A stretch of DNA of 64,000 nucleotides from Hormiphora californensis. Its lineage: Eukaryota > Animalia > Ctenophora. Below, one piece after another: positions 34,401 to 63,990 of this stretch. The notes under the pieces were generated by a model, which searched no databases, was not told the origin of the DNA, and saw only the letters and a program-made list of their open reading frames with translations. The stretch lies in contig CM035350.1 of NCBI GenBank assembly GCA_020137815.1, forward strand, positions 5,270,001-5,334,000, in the 5' to 3' direction. The position numbers and the translations under genes are program-made. The number at the start of each line of letters is the position of its first letter. The stretch's first letter is position 1.

Positions 34401-37400
34401 ATTGCATTATCAGTCGGGCATGTAGTCAGGCACTAGTTTCCTAATCGGAGTTTGGGCTTGGAACTTCCGGCCCTTTGCATTATATATAATGCCTTACAGT
34501 GCTGCTTGTAGTCGTATTACCGTAATGAAAATACAGTAATGAGAGGCGCACGTTGCATAACGCTCGGCAAAAAGTGCATGTGTTCAGCACGTACTAGCGC
34601 CCTGATTGGCCACGGTTGCGCGTCGTCTTACTGTATCTCCGTTTTTCATTACCGTTTTCCCACTACAAGCGACCGTGTTAGTATCTGACAGAGCTAGACC
34701 CCGTTTTGATTCGACAATGCGCTCAGTTCGGATGGACACTGGACACCGCCAGACAGGGGTTCAATAAACTCATACAAGTACAGTCGGACCCCGATTTAAC
34801 GGCCCCCGATTTAACAGCACCCCGATTTAACGGCAGGATAATCTTCCTGTATTCATCGGAATGCAATCCCGATATAGAAAATTAGCAGTATTTGACCCCG
34901 ATTTAGCGGACACCCCGATTTAACGGACAAAACTCTTTCCCCCCGAGGGAGCTGTTAAATCGGGGTCCGACTGTAATAGCATAACGACGCAGTAAGGAAA
35001 AAGCAAGACCACCTGACCACACTATGATACTAACAAAAGAAAGATGTGCTAGCGCTAAGAAAAGGAAAAAAAGAGTCACTCAGTGACCATCTGCTCCATG
35101 CACTATATAATAATGAGTGATACGAGATATGAAATACGATTCGGGGAAGTTAAGTGCAAGTGTTTCTGATAGCGCGGTACCTAACAATGGTGTTATAACA
35201 ATATCGTTGTTCTGTAATACTACCGTAGTAGTGGGATCAACTTCAGGTGTGCAACTCTATGAGATCTCATCTAAACAACTCTTCTCAGTGATCTACTAAA
35301 TGAAATATTGAACACATTAAAAAAGTGTTAAATATACTCAAAGTCTCTCCTGCAGTACACCTTACATTGAGATTATACCCATAGATATTGGAGATAGATA
35401 TGGAAGTTTATCAGTTTTAGCTCTCTACATACATGACACATGGGCTAAAACGCCGATGACTTTGGGTATAATTGGTGTATGTTTATCAATTTCCGTCCAA
35501 ATATAGAGAGCGAATAACACAGCAATTTAGTCAGGACCATTGCGACGAATCTTGACCTCCAATTACTGTTAATTAGTGTCATTCAGTGTCATAACAAAGT
35601 GAGGGCGATATAATGGTTGATAGACATTATGGGCGTTATGTTTACAAAGCTCAGTGCAGGCGGAGAACTGCGGTCAGAGCATTGGCCTCACCGCTCGGCC
35701 TGTACCGGTACAGAGACTATCACAGAGAGACTCTCATAGAGAGAAGCTACAAAACGACTGACAACTGCTCAAAATTGCCCCCTCCTCCAACTGCAGACAT
35801 TATTTAGACGCTCACACACACAAAGGAACTAATGAACTATTATACGAAGTTACGATTAGGTAAAGAGAGATAATAGCGGTAATTTCTAAATTTCTAAAGC
35901 TCTCTATAATCACCTTTGTGTTGGCCGACTCCCTATGTGGTTAGAGTTGTACAGTTTAACATATTATTATTAGTATTTAGATCCCACTGTTATAATAGTC
36001 TCCCCCTTGTCCAACTGATAATAATGCTTGCGAACTTTACTGATAAGGGAGCTCACAAAACGGCACAAAAGCTGGAACAAGATAACTTTATAGATTATAG
36101 ATAGAAACGATTTAAATAGATACGCTTTAGATACGATTCGATAAATACGATTAGTAATAGTTGTTGTGGCACCTAACTCGATGCTGCACTGCCCCTCTCA
36201 GCTGGCTAAGAGGACAGTGGCCAGGATCAGTGAACCATATCGCAACACCTGTAGTAATTATTACAGTGGTGCAATAACAATGGATATCATTGTAATTATA
36301 CTACCACAGAACGTATCTCCTAGTGCAGCAGCTCTCTCATCTACACAGTCATGCACTTTATTTATGAATGGCCTCCAGTGGGGCAACTTCAGGTGTGTGA
36401 CTCTGTGTGGCATCTCACAGTTAAACTAGCTCTGATCTACAAATAGTGAACTATAACAGAAATGAACGCATTAGAAAAGTGTCGAACTCAAAGTCTCTCT
36501 CTCTCGTTGCACAGAGTTTTCTCTACTTCCTGGTCTTCCTAATACTCATTGTCCCAGATATACACATAACTTTGAAGATGAGCCCCTCATGACACACTAT
36601 GATAGTGGGCTGAATATATATACGATATACTTCTTCAATTCAAGCATACTGCAGAAGTAGAACCTTACATATAATTCCATCTTCACAAGTTCAAAACAAT
36701 ATGGTGCTAAACATGCTCTCTCTCACTCGAAAAGTTCTCATTCCTTCCCTCTTACTCATTCGACATCGCAGTACATACATATTCAGCTGCTTTAGCAGTG
36801 AAGGACTATCATAGAAAGCCAGCCAGTTTTTATTTAGAGAAAGTACTGAAACTCTCAAACATCATTGGAACTGGTGTACATTGTGAACCATGTGAGCCCG
36901 GATTTCTTTTCTTAATTACTAGGGGAACCCTAATTGGCAATTAACATAAACCTGTCAATCTTCTCACCTTCATCATCTCAAATGTCAATATTTTATGGCA
37001 TCTGTTAATACTATCAGCCTATATAAGCGGTCATATTATTGCTAATTATCAGATAGTGAATGTCACCGCTGCAGGACCATTGCGACGAATCTTGACCTCC
37101 AATTACTGGTAATTAGTGTCATTCAGTCATAACAAAGTGAGGGCAATATAATGGTTGATAGGTGGTGTTACAACGAAGTAATACAACTGTATTTGGACGC
37201 AACACATGTTTCATGGAATCCCTGACCGGGAAACCGATCATCAGGTGGTTATATAGTCTGTAAAGCTCAGTGCAAGAAACGACTTTACAGTCTCACGCGA
37301 GAAATCCGAACTAGACCAACTGATAGAATCTGACAATCAAAAACTACTACCGCGGACCGCACCTGCGTTTCTTGACGAAATTACCTCTTGCAGGTACGTC

Positions 37401-40400
37401 AAAGCTTGCCCTATAATACTACCACAATGCGAGGAGTAATTTCGTTACCAACACCTGCGTATTATAATCCCCCCCCCCTTCGCTACAGACATTATCTAGA
37501 CACCCAGATCACACGAACTAATGACTAACACTATACAAGACGATGGCACTAGCACTTCCTTCTCACCCCAAATCTCTCTAAGAGGACTCCCTGGTCAAAC
37601 AATGGGGGGGGGGGGACAAATAGATCTTTACAATTCAAACCAGTAAACCACAGGAATAAGATATCTCACTGTAGTCTCTCCCTAGTTCAGCGGATCATTT
37701 CATCATCACGATGAGGCCGTGACTACTAGGTCATTGTTTAGTTTCCCTCCATCACATCGCCCATCTTGTCAGTTTAACTCTTCATTAGGATTAGACATAG
37801 TAGTATAACATATATTTTGATGCCATTGTAAAATATGACGCTCAAAATGTGATATTCATGCTATTGTTTTCCAGGGATAGACAGCTGAGACCCTTTCAAT
37901 TCGAACCCAAAGCAAAGGGTCTGAGTTACCAAGACGCGCGCGACATGTTCAGATTTTGTGATAAAAGTATCCCAGCGCTAGCAATTGGAATACATTTCAA
38001 ACTCTCATGTTTGCGGGAATACAAGAAATGTATTCGAGCAACTTCTCAATCAATTTGCCTTTTCATCTCACTCTATCTTTCAGTTATCTGCAATGGAGAA
38101 GGGAAGTGGAAGACCGGAAAGTGGTAGTACTTCAGGATCACCCTATACAATACCTCCCTACTGAGGGATTTGTTGTTTGTTTGGACTTCCTAGCCCCAAC
38201 CTTACAGATCCCTGTCAACCTACATGTTGCCGTGCTTAGGTAGGTCTTTATCGTGCCACTCTGAGAGAGAGGCGTGTTTCAATCTAGTTTCTAAACTTCA
38301 GACTCTTGGATGACCCCTCACACAATGCGAATTATCTCTTCCCCTCCAGGAAGCAACAAGTGATATCGCAGACTGCCACCTTCGTGGTTGTCCCCTCTCC
38401 CAACCTAACATTCCTGGGATACCATGAGACATTTCTTAATATACCCTGTGATCCAAATACATTCCTACTGACATCCGTCCAAACGGTATATCATACAAAA
38501 CACGATGGCCAATATCAATATGCAAGCTTTCAGTTAATGAAAACTACTCCGGATTTCCCATTAACTCTGATCCCTACCTAGACAGATGGGGAGGAGTTGG
38601 GATGGTGTCTGTTGGCGTTGTTCCAGGATGGAGGATCTCTCAACAGTGGTTCTTGGAGGATAACCCTCAAATCAGCTCCCTTCTCCCCAGAAAGGGTTTC
38701 TAGCCTGTATCATGGAGTAAAATCACTCAACTACAGTATTCGACTGAGGTTCGTTCCTGTGAAATATTGGCTCAGATGAGAAATCAAATTGTAATCTGCA
38801 ATATTTTCAGAATTGGTGAGAAAGCGACCCAGGAGTGTTTATTGGCCGCACGGTCCCATAAATTAGCTCAATACACCCTTCACAACCCATCATTCAATGA
38901 TAACCTCATCTTAACAAACAATCTGAACAAGTTTGAAAAACGACATGTGAGTTCAAAGTTATACTGTGAAATTCTCTCAACTTACAAAAAAAGTAGCCGG
39001 ATAAAATATGCGATTGCAAAATATGCTTTTTTTAGCTAAAAGTGCACTTATATTTTCAGAAATTAGAATCACGACCAGCCATTCAGAAGGTAGCTGACAC
39101 ATACGGTCCCCCTGGGGAGTTTGACCCCATAAAGGTACAGGGTGGGCTATAACAGGGTACCCATTATAGTGACTGTGACCACTCTTGATCAACTATTTAA
39201 TTCTAAAATCCCTACTCTTCAGACACTAAAAAGTGGCGGGTCAAGGAGAATCAGTAGGGTACTACCAACTCGTGTTACAACACCTCCCCCTCAGCCCTCC
39301 CTGATGCCCACACACCGCCCCCTCCTCCTCCTCCTGCCCACCGTGAGGATCAAGGGGTTACACGTTCACACACTAGAAATGGGTGTCAGAGGGGAACCTG
39401 CAATCACCATACAGACAAGGTAACCGCGATACACATTCTTGTTTTAGTTAGTTTCAAATTTGACCAGCCCACTTCTTAGCCCCACCCAACCCAGATCATG
39501 TGCGATAGATGAAGATTATACGCTAGTAACCACCCGTGATAACCACCCACCCTCTCCAACCACTCTCCAAACCACCCGATCTGGTCGGTATCTGGTTGAT
39601 AACTACACTCTCGAGGAAGAGTGGTGTGATGAGGATCTGGTCTTCCTCTTCTCCCTTCACTCCCAAATCGAGTGTATTGGGTGGTCCTTTATGCGGTACT
39701 CAGATCGACGGGAACGGCTCGATGTATTTTCTGGACCTTTGCCAACCTTCCAAATACTTATTTCGGTAGGATCATGTCCTCTCTTGTGTTATAGTTCACA
39801 CTATATTTTGTTTCGGTAAGATCGTGTGAATTCCTCTCTCCAGTGAAAATGTCACAGATCACACATCCACTATTCCCTACATAACACTACACTCTGTGTT
39901 GTAGGTTTTGGAAGAGCATGAGGGGCGTGGTGAGGAGGACGATTACTCGAGTTCATTTCAAATTGTAGCTGATGCTACGATTCACCTTCGCTACTACGAT
40001 ACCACGGAGCCAGTACCCCATTTTAGCCAGCTAATTAATCTACCCCTTCCCCTACCTCGGCTTCCAACGGGTAAGAGTGCTATATATAGTGTCCAGAAAA
40101 GCCAGCTATGTGTCGGACGGTATATGGGGAGAGAGACCACCACATTGGGGTGGAGGGCAGGAACCGACCGAATCAGGAAATACTGGTCCCTGATTGGCTG
40201 ATAACCAGTCACGTGACCTAAATAACGAGTTCTGATTGGTTGTTTACTTGTTTCGGTCGATGTTCTAACATCTTGTTCACTCAGGTGCTTTCCGGCACAA
40301 GGAGTTGCGACCAAATTCTACTCTACACGATAAAAAGACACCTATTTATCTACACATCGGTAAGAGCTTTCTACAATCCCCTTCCATCTTTCTAACCCAC

Positions 40401-43400
40401 TCGTGCCATGTGTTTACTATAGCTTGATGTTGGTGGCGCCGCTGCGGGCTTCGTTTTGGCGCACTACGTGCGCGAGTTGTAAGGGTGACTGCGTCACCAA
40501 AGCTGGATACTTATCCCGATCCCCAATCCCCATCTCTAACCCCCATCTCTAACCCCCATCTCTAACCCCCATCTCTAACCCTCATCTCTAACACCATCTC
40601 TAACCCCCATCTCTAACCCCATCTCTAACCCCATCTCTAACCCCATCTCTAACCCCATCTCTAACCCCATCTCTAACCCCATCTCTAACCCCATCTCTAA
40701 CCCCATCTCTGACCCCATCTCCACCATCTCTAACTCCCATCTCTAACCCCATCTCTAACCCCCATCCCGATCCCCATCTCTGACCCCATCTCTAACCCCC
40801 ATCTCTAACCCTCATCTCCAACCCCATCTCTAACCCCCATCTCTAACCCCATCTCTAACCCCATCTCTAACCCCCATCTCTAACCCCATCTCTGACCCCC
40901 ATCTCTAACCCCCATCTCTAACCCTCATCTCTAACACCATCTCTAACCCCCATCTCTAACCCCATCTCTAACCCCCATCTCTAACCCCATCTCTAACCCC
41001 CATCTCTAACCCCATCTCTAACCCCATCTCTAACCCCATCTCTAACCCCCATCTCTAACCCCATCTCTGACCCCATCTCCAACCCCATCTCTAACTCCCA
41101 TCTCTAACCCCCATCTCTAACCCCCATCCCGATCCCCATCTCTGACCCCATCTCTAACCCCCATCTCTAACCCTCATCTCCAACCCCATCTCTAACCCCC
41201 ATCTCTAACCCCATCTCTAACCCCATCTCTAACCCCCATCTCTAACCCCATCTCTGACCCCCATCCACCCTCAGACGGAGCCAGATACTTGCCCTCCTGT
41301 GTGACGGTATCACGTGTTGTTGGCCGGGTGTTTGACGCCTCCTTCACATCCCTCGGACGGAACATCACTAGCAGTGTAGTGCTAGAGAGTGATGTATACA
41401 ACCCTGTATACAAGTACACTATTGAACTACCTGGTGATATACCACCCACCAGTACCGTGGCCGTGAAGATTTATACTATACATTGCCTGACCGGTGGGTA
41501 CCCTTCACAGAGTAGTACCTCATCTTCCAAATATCATGTACATGCCTAACTAACTGAGATTTGTTCTGATTCAATGAATAGAAAAACTGGCAGTGGCATT
41601 CCCATTTCCCCAAAATACAATCTCCCTATTAGGTGTGATGATAACAGTAGGGTATGCCGTGTTGAATCTATTCACCAAACGTTCCACTCTGACCCCCGCT
41701 ACCCCCTCCGACACCCACCTATCACTGAATGAGGGTGCCTTTCAGCTGCCTCTCCACACCCTCGGTCCTGATGCATCTCGACCCCTCACCGCCACCTGTC
41801 TAGACCACATCCCCCGGGTACCGGGATCTTGGCTCCTCGCCAGAGTTACTACAAAGTCACGTGATCACGTGCTCCCAGTGTACAGTGAGGGAGGGTATAC
41901 CGATAAGCAGAGTGGGGCACTGTCTAAAACGGAGACATATGTCTTGGATAGTCATCGACAACGTCCAATTAAACAAGGTAATATTTTGCACCAATCATTT
42001 TAAACTTCCGTCTTGTGCTCCAATTCAATAAAATAATGTTGTCTGAATATCCCATAATGGTACCCATCCCTTCAGGCTCGACATGTGTAGCAGGTCTGGA
42101 TCAGGTGGATGTATTGAGGAAGCTGACGCGACTAAAAAACCAGACAGTCCTCGATCTATCCTTATCTCACATTGTGGATTACAACTCAGACTATGGCATA
42201 TCAGTCATGTTCAGTGACCTCCAGGTATGTAATAATCAGTTGCCTAGCTAGACTGTGTTTCGCGTGCCCCACCCGCCTTCTTTACAAATGTAAAGGAGGG
42301 TTAAAACATAACAAACTATCAGGGGATCCTTCAATCGAGAAAATAGAGTCTTTCAGTGCCCTTATCCTGGAGGTTGACCGGTCACGCTCCAGTAGCTCGT
42401 TCTTTGGTATCGAAGACACCTCACACTCTGTGTTCCTCTAGAAGCAGTTCCATCTTGTATCTAGACTGGTCGCAAAGGGGAGGTTTTTATTTATTCAAAC
42501 TCAGCGAAAGGGATGGAGTTTGTTAGTTCCTATTACCCCTCCACCTCACAATTAACCCCTGTAATCATTTCAGGGTCTACAATCGACTGGAGTGGTGTTT
42601 GTATTTGGTAGGCTCTGTACCCCAAATACCATCAACACCTTTACTGACTGCCCCGTGTACAACACCACTAGACCAGATCAGGGGACCCCTGGGGTTGTGA
42701 GGTGGTCAGACCAACAGGTCCACTCTTTTAGAAATGTTCGTGCTGGGAATGAGGTCTCACTACTTATACAGGTGCTGATAGATAATTATGTTCTCCGAGT
42801 GAGGAAAGCAACATATTCAAACTAACTAAGTTGTAGAATTTTGTTGAGTAACTCAACAAGTAGAATTGCTTATGAAGTCACCCCTTTTATTGCCATAACA
42901 GAGGGGTAATTTCATTACCAAGTTGTAGAATGAGTTTAATCGTGATTTTGTTGTACACACACACACACAACCCTATCTCTCGAACCACTCTTTAACCACA
43001 CAGTGTGTTGCAGGTGATTGAGTATACTAGGGACAGTAAATCATGGAGGACAGTTGGTTCTGTTCGGTGGCCTGTCTTTGAAGATATTATAGAGGGTGAA
43101 AATGTGTTTGTGTCAAGTCCCGATGGACCTGTAGCGCTGGAAGGTGGTGGTGGTGGCATTAAAATAGTCTTCAAGGTATGACACGTGCATTTAGTTTCAC
43201 ATTTCATTGGTGACTGCATCTCTCTCAGACATTTGTGGGAGGTCAGACTCACTCTTCATTGATGACTCTGCTGATTCTACCCAGCTAGATTCACTATTGA
43301 TTCTAAAAGCACTTTGAATTTTAGGTGTTTGACAGTCGACTGGAAGGAATGGTAAAACCCTCCTCCTCCCCCTCCTCTAACCCCATTGCTAATTCATCGT

Positions 43401-43471
43401 ATGAGGCTCTAGCTATTCAAGGGTTGGACTTTATAAGACGGGAAATTGACTCAAATAACGCCAGGGAGTAG
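29886..43471 (+). CDS. CCDC17: CCDC17-like protein (N-terminal zinc finger, coiled coil, C2-like domains); about 20 exons
   Basis: CHKCSLDF...HRKHFC finger; coiled-coil exons from 30147 to 31642; link exon 37686-37729; QYLPTEGFVVCLDF, GWCLLALFQ..NSGSWRITL, HIDGARYLPSCVTVSRV and LNEGAFQLPLH; last exon 43325-43471. Family assignment is from remembered motif similarity. Confidence 0.65.
31769..32672. mobile_element. Non-autonomous mariner-like element with long imperfect TIRs
   Basis: TA|TTAGGCTGTCCAGTATTGATTGTCGTT ... AACGACAATCAATACTGGACAGCCTAA|TA. Confidence 0.85.
32826..33764 (-). CDS. Intronless rhodopsin-class GPCR nested antisense in a CCDC17-like intron
   Basis: 312 aa, 7 TM; GN, LNFID, ARLIAMSRPFY and NATINPLV motifs. 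Confidence 0.9.
   Translation of the reverse strand: MSLIIRAIILGISLIAIGLAGILGNACSLWYNFRRKGFPRQLYIVLNFIDLSVCVITILSQCRLVNNLPDLIILVMYFAFANQASALWTCIMGGARLIAMSRPFYQINKRLFWTVSTAILGVSLTLQIFLCHFQGTADQNTNLVRNLWTYFGWTSGIIMVNLVITGWTGTLLHRKSAVSSGTNQNRRNAAITIFLLGIVFLITNISCLVLFVMYLKTIAKGDNVDDEHVVVSGYYKFVIWMILIVTNATINPLVILRRKMMGLCCTILCRRQTQARSSTLHTLTHFSTNVSTRDPSSNTVRLNRTFTVTEGV
33909..34060 (-). mobile_element. Helitron-like 3' end (5' boundary uncertain)
   Basis: Minus strand CCCCGGCTTCGCCGG...GCCGCGCTTCGCGCGGC-C-CTAG|T; adjacent palindrome at 33979-34041. Confidence 0.5.
34781..34973. mobile_element. MITE related to 19024-19195
   Basis: TA|CAGTCGGACCCCGATTTAAC ... GTTAAATCGGGGTCCGACTG|TA. Confidence 0.9.
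40158..40266. mobile_element. Short interspersed element with GAACCGACCGAA termini
   Basis: GAACCGACCGAA ... TTCGGTCGA..TTC imperfect TIR with internal CTGATTGG twice and a GTCACGTGAC palindrome. Confidence 0.6.
40528..41263. repeat. 12-13-bp minisatellite (CCCCATCTCTAA)n upstream of a CCDC17-like acceptor
   Basis: Roughly 55-60 copies, most carrying CTAAC or CTGAC; ends about 10 nt before CTCAG at 41274. Confidence 0.95.
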
Positions 43472-43979
43472 CAATGACTTTTCTATAATTACAAGATATA
43501 GGGTTAAGTTCTCAGTCATTCTAAAAACAATGTTAGGGGTCTTTTTTACACAGATAATCATAAAGGCAGCGTGACTAATCCTTTTTGTACATTTTTACAC
43601 ACCTCTCCTAGTCCCATTATAATGAACACACGTGTTTTTGCTTCTCTCTCAATCACATGGAGGAAAGGCATATATGGTCCCCAACGCATAATGCCATCTT
43701 TTCATCTTCAATTTCTCTCTCTCACTCCCTCTCTCTCTCTTTCTTCCTCACACTGCCTCTCTTCAAATTCATTTCACGTAGTACATATTGTCTTTATAAT
43801 TCTTTTATTTTTTCAACTCGCACACTTCATAAAAACAGTACTGTGTGTGTGTGTCATCTCTTCAGCTATCTGATCATACTACATAGTAGTGGAGCGGTTC
43901 ATATACCTGCAGCAGTACATATCTTCCTACCAGCAGCTCTATTGGATATTGATATCACCCTCTCTCTCTCCTGGTGAAC

Positions 43980-45988
43980 ATGGCCCCATATCTACTGGAA
44001 CCAGCAGTAAATATCTGTTCAGGAGAGTTCCACTACAACATCACCATTGTCACCCCTGCCATTGGTGCTAACATGCTGGCCTATGTGACCGTGGCAGTCT
44101 CCATCCTGGGGCTGGCGGCCCTCTACCTGAATACCTATGTAGCCCTATACCTCAGACCTAACCGCACCTCTACACTCACCATGTGCTATTACAGTCTGTG
44201 TGTTTGTAACGCCTGTCTGGGCTTGGTTGCCATCCTCCACGCCACCCTGTTCGTTCTATACAACACACAGGGTGGGTCGGACAGGCTCAGTTACGTTGTG
44301 TTTGGAACGTATCTGGTGACCAGTACCAGTACTAACTCCAAATTGGTTTATAACAGTACGATTATTCTACACCGGGCCCTCAAGTGTACTCGTCTATCTG
44401 GGTCTGATTGGAACAAGTCTGCTGCTTTCCTCAGGGTCTTCCCTGTTGCGTGGTTGTTATTCTTGGCGGGCACATTGGAGTTCCAATTCTCCTATCCGAG
44501 TGAGGTGGGTACATTACGGTTTTAGTAAAACACAATGATATAACTGTACACTTTGAATCCAAGCTCCACCAAACAATTCCCTAAAATCTTCTTCAGGTGC
44601 TTCTACAGCAGTTTATCTACTACCCAGAGTCCAAGGATGGCAAGGAATTCTCCACCCTTGAGTTGGCGGAACGTGGCCTGTACATGTGTGTAATCTTCTC
44701 TAATTTAGTGTGTTTGGTTGTGTGTTTAGTGGCTAGATACTGGCAAAGTGGGTCAGGTGGGTCTACACTAGCTGCTGCCAAACGGAAGAAGGACCTTCTC
44801 TACCGACAGGTAATAGCTCGACCTGTGTGGTGTAGCCAGACCCCATTTTGACAGTGTGCTCAGATCGGCACCGCTACGACTAGATTGTGGTGTATCTTGT
44901 TAATCCCCCTCTTTCACGTCCTTGCAGGAGGGAGCAGCAGAGCAGTTAGCGATGCACGGGCAGGACAGTAACACAGATATAGCAGTAAGCACCATTTTCC
45001 TGGCATGTTATTCCTTCGAGTGTATTGTGCTCCTGGTTGATGTAGTAACACCCGACCAGCATTTAGGTAACTATGGGGTTACTATGGGGTTACTATGGGG
45101 TAATGATGGGGTAATGATGCGGTTACTATGGGGTTACTATGGGGTTACTTTGTGGTAACTATGGGGTAATTATGGGGTAATTATGGGGTAACTATGGGGT
45201 TACTATGGGGTAACTATGGGGTTACTATGACGTTACTATGGAGTATGGGGTAGCTATGGGATAACTATGGGGTAACTATGGGGATACTATGGGGTTACTA
45301 TGGGGTTACTATGGGGTAACTATGACGTTACTATGGAGTATGGGGTAGCTATGGGATAACTATGGGGTAACTATGGGGATACTATGGGGTTACTATGGGG
45401 TTACTATGGGGTAACTATGGGGTTACTATGGGGTTACTATGGAGTATGGGGTAGCTATGGGATAACTATGGGGTAACTATGGGGATACTATGGGGTGATT
45501 ATGGGGTAACTAGGCAACTGTGTTACTGTGAGTGAGGGAGTTTCCAACTGCACCTAACCCTTATCCACCCCACCCCAGTTGAAGGAGGTCTAACCTGTCT
45601 CGGGTATTTCTGTATCAGTACGGGCATGCCCCTACTCAACGCAGCAGTGGACCCCATTATAATTGGGGCGTACAACGACGGTATTACCACCCGGGTCTCT
45701 GCCATGTTACCCAGCTGGAGGTTCAACCTGCTCCAGAAACTCAAGGGTGGAGGAGGTGGGACTGGGGTTAGGTTCGGGAACACCGTTATCCTACATGAGA
45801 TGGATACCGTGGGAAATGGGGGCATGCCTCGGTTGGGCAGTTTGGGGGGTGCAGCCCAGAAGCTACGGAATAAACCCGATATCATAGAGTTTGTGGATAC
45901 GGATGTGGAGAGCGATAGTTCATGGGAGAGCTTCGAGTATAAGAGTTCCTCCGCTCACCACCATATCTCCCGGAGGTTCAGACGATAG
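43980..45988 (+). CDS. Divergent spliced 7TM (rhodopsin-like) receptor; 4 exons
   Basis: Exons at about 43980-44504, 44597-44809, 44928-45066 and 45579-45988; hydrophobic helices and TM7 PLLNAAVDPII. Confidence 0.7.
45067..45510. repeat. 11-bp minisatellite (GTWACTATGGG)n filling an intron from its donor
   Basis: The first unit is the donor GTAACT at 45067. Confidence 0.92.
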
Positions 45989-46806
45989 GCATTTTATTGA
46001 CATGTTCCTCGTCTGTCAGCTCTCGCACCGTACCGGCCATCGGGCCGAAGGCCCGGTGTGAGCTTACAGATAGACTGCGTAGCATGGCAAGGCCTGGGGG
46101 TGCCATACATGACAGACATTGACAGTGTAACTACACGTTGATGGCATCAGAGAGGTCATTGATATATGAGTATGATATCCAGATTTTTAATGTTTTGAAT
46201 GTTATAACATGTTAGATTCTAACTTAGAATTGTAGAATACTTTAATCTTTTGCACATGACCATACACGTGTTTTATTTTATCAGCCCTAGCTGGGAACAT
46301 GGCTGACGTAATTTTTCAATGAAATGACGTCATCAATTCTGTGTTATGTGACACATAACAAAACTCGGCACATACTAATACACACATAATATGTGTGTAT
46401 GTGCCGAGTTTTGTGCGCAAACGCGGTTTTGTATACTTAACGTTGCAAATAGCCGCCGCGCAGTGCGCGTTACCTTTTTTGTTCTCAGGCTTTTATTTAT
46501 GAGAGAGATTTTCAAGTCAGTTTTCAGTTTTATTTTTCAGTTTTTTACGAATTTGGAGTTTGGTCCTTGAACTGAGATTTGAGAAGTTTTATAGCTTGCA
46601 AGAAGAGCTGATAGATATTGACCTCATATGATACATGCTTTAGTGGTATTATACGCCTTTATTTCCGCGTCTTCACGCCCTAGGCTTTGCTCATGATGCT
46701 GGACAGGGAGCTTCGTTGAACTTTTGGTACTTTGTTTGTCATTTTATTTATTCTAACACGATCTCCCGGTTATAGGCGTGTGAGTGTCTCACATCTCTAG
46801 GGTGAG

Positions 46807-62776
<15,970 letters not shown>

Positions 62777-63313
62777 TCGCATTCCAATTGCATTCCATCG
62801 GTCCAGGGGGGTCCAATACGCAGTGTATGAGGGAGGATCGGTTTTGGTTAGAACAACACAGGGGAGACTTTTCAGATACGCCCCGCTCTATACACCCTCC
62901 CCCTTTGCCCTAATTCTACTCCCCCTTTACTCCTCTCTCTCTGTGTCCTTTTTCTCCCCTCGGCCTCATATGTGCAGGAAGGGGGTTTAGTTTTTCTTTG
63001 GCGTGATTACAATTAAAAATATAAATTGAATATATGGGCAACAGCGGGATTGGGTGAAGACGGAGTAATTTGTAAGAATCTGCTAGCGTCTCTCTCTGTT
63101 TTCTCATGTAGTAACCCAATGTGCATTTAAATTGTGGAGAGAGAAGAAAGAGAGGGGAGAAGGGGAAGAAGGAAGGGAAAAAAGAGAGAGAAAGGGAGAG
63201 AAGGGAGAAGAAAAGGGGGGAAGAAGGGGGGGGTTTTTTTAAAATTTTTTTTTGGGGGGGGGGGGGGGGGGGTTTTTTTTTTTTTTTTTTTTTTGCCCCC
63301 CCCCCCCCCCCCC

Positions 63314-63361
<48 letters not shown>

Positions 63362-63513
63362 TTTTTTTTTTTTTGGATTTTTTTTTTTTCCCCCCCCCCC
63401 CCGGGGGGGGGTTTTTTTTTTCCCCCCCTTTTTTTTGCCCCGCCCTTTCTTTTTTCCCCCCCCCCTTTAAACCCCTTTTTCCCCCCCGCCCCTTTTTAAG
63501 AGTGGGTAGTTTT

Positions 63514-63613
63514 NNNNNNNNNNNNNNNNNNNNNNNNNNNNNNNNNNNNNNNNNNNNNNNNNNNNNNNNNNNNNNNNNNNNNNNNNNNNNNNNNNNNNNN
63601 NNNNNNNNNNNNN
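63514..63613. other. Assembly gap (100 N), preceded by low-quality homopolymer-rich sequence from about 63140
   Basis: N run; long G, T, C and A homopolymers. Confidence 0.97.
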
Positions 63614-63679
63614 AGCAAAAACGGGCGAGCGAAAAAAATAATAAAATAATCAAATGGATGAGTTACAGCGAGCCAGAGA

Positions 63680-63990
63680 GGAACAGCCAGCCCGTTCCAG
63701 AGGCAAGCTGACCCCGCTCAAGAAGACACCCCGCCCTTTTCCAGAAAAGCCAGCTGACCCCGTTCCGAGAAGCCAGCTGCCCCCCTTTCCAAAAAGCATG
63801 ACCCCCGTTCCAGAAAGCCAGTGCCCCCCTTTCCAAGAAGCACCCCACCCTTTTCCAGAGAAAAGACGTGACCCCTTTCCCCGTAAGGCAGTGCCCCTTC
63901 CATAATAAAACAGTGACCCCGCTCCAGAGAAGACAGCCACCCCGTTCCAGAGAAGACAGCTGACCCCGCTCCAGTAAGGACAGCTGACTC
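63680..63990. repeat. Degenerate tandem repeat of about 25-27 bp (CAGCTGACCCCGTTCCAGAGAAG-like)
   Basis: Direct reading next to the gap. Confidence 0.7.

Noticed and set aside
40528-41263. Interstitial telomere
   Set aside because: The unit is a 12-13-mer (TTAGAGATGGGG), not TTAGGG.
62916-63711. Poly-K/F/P/G ORFs spanning the gap
   Set aside because: Low-quality homopolymer sequence adjoining the N run.
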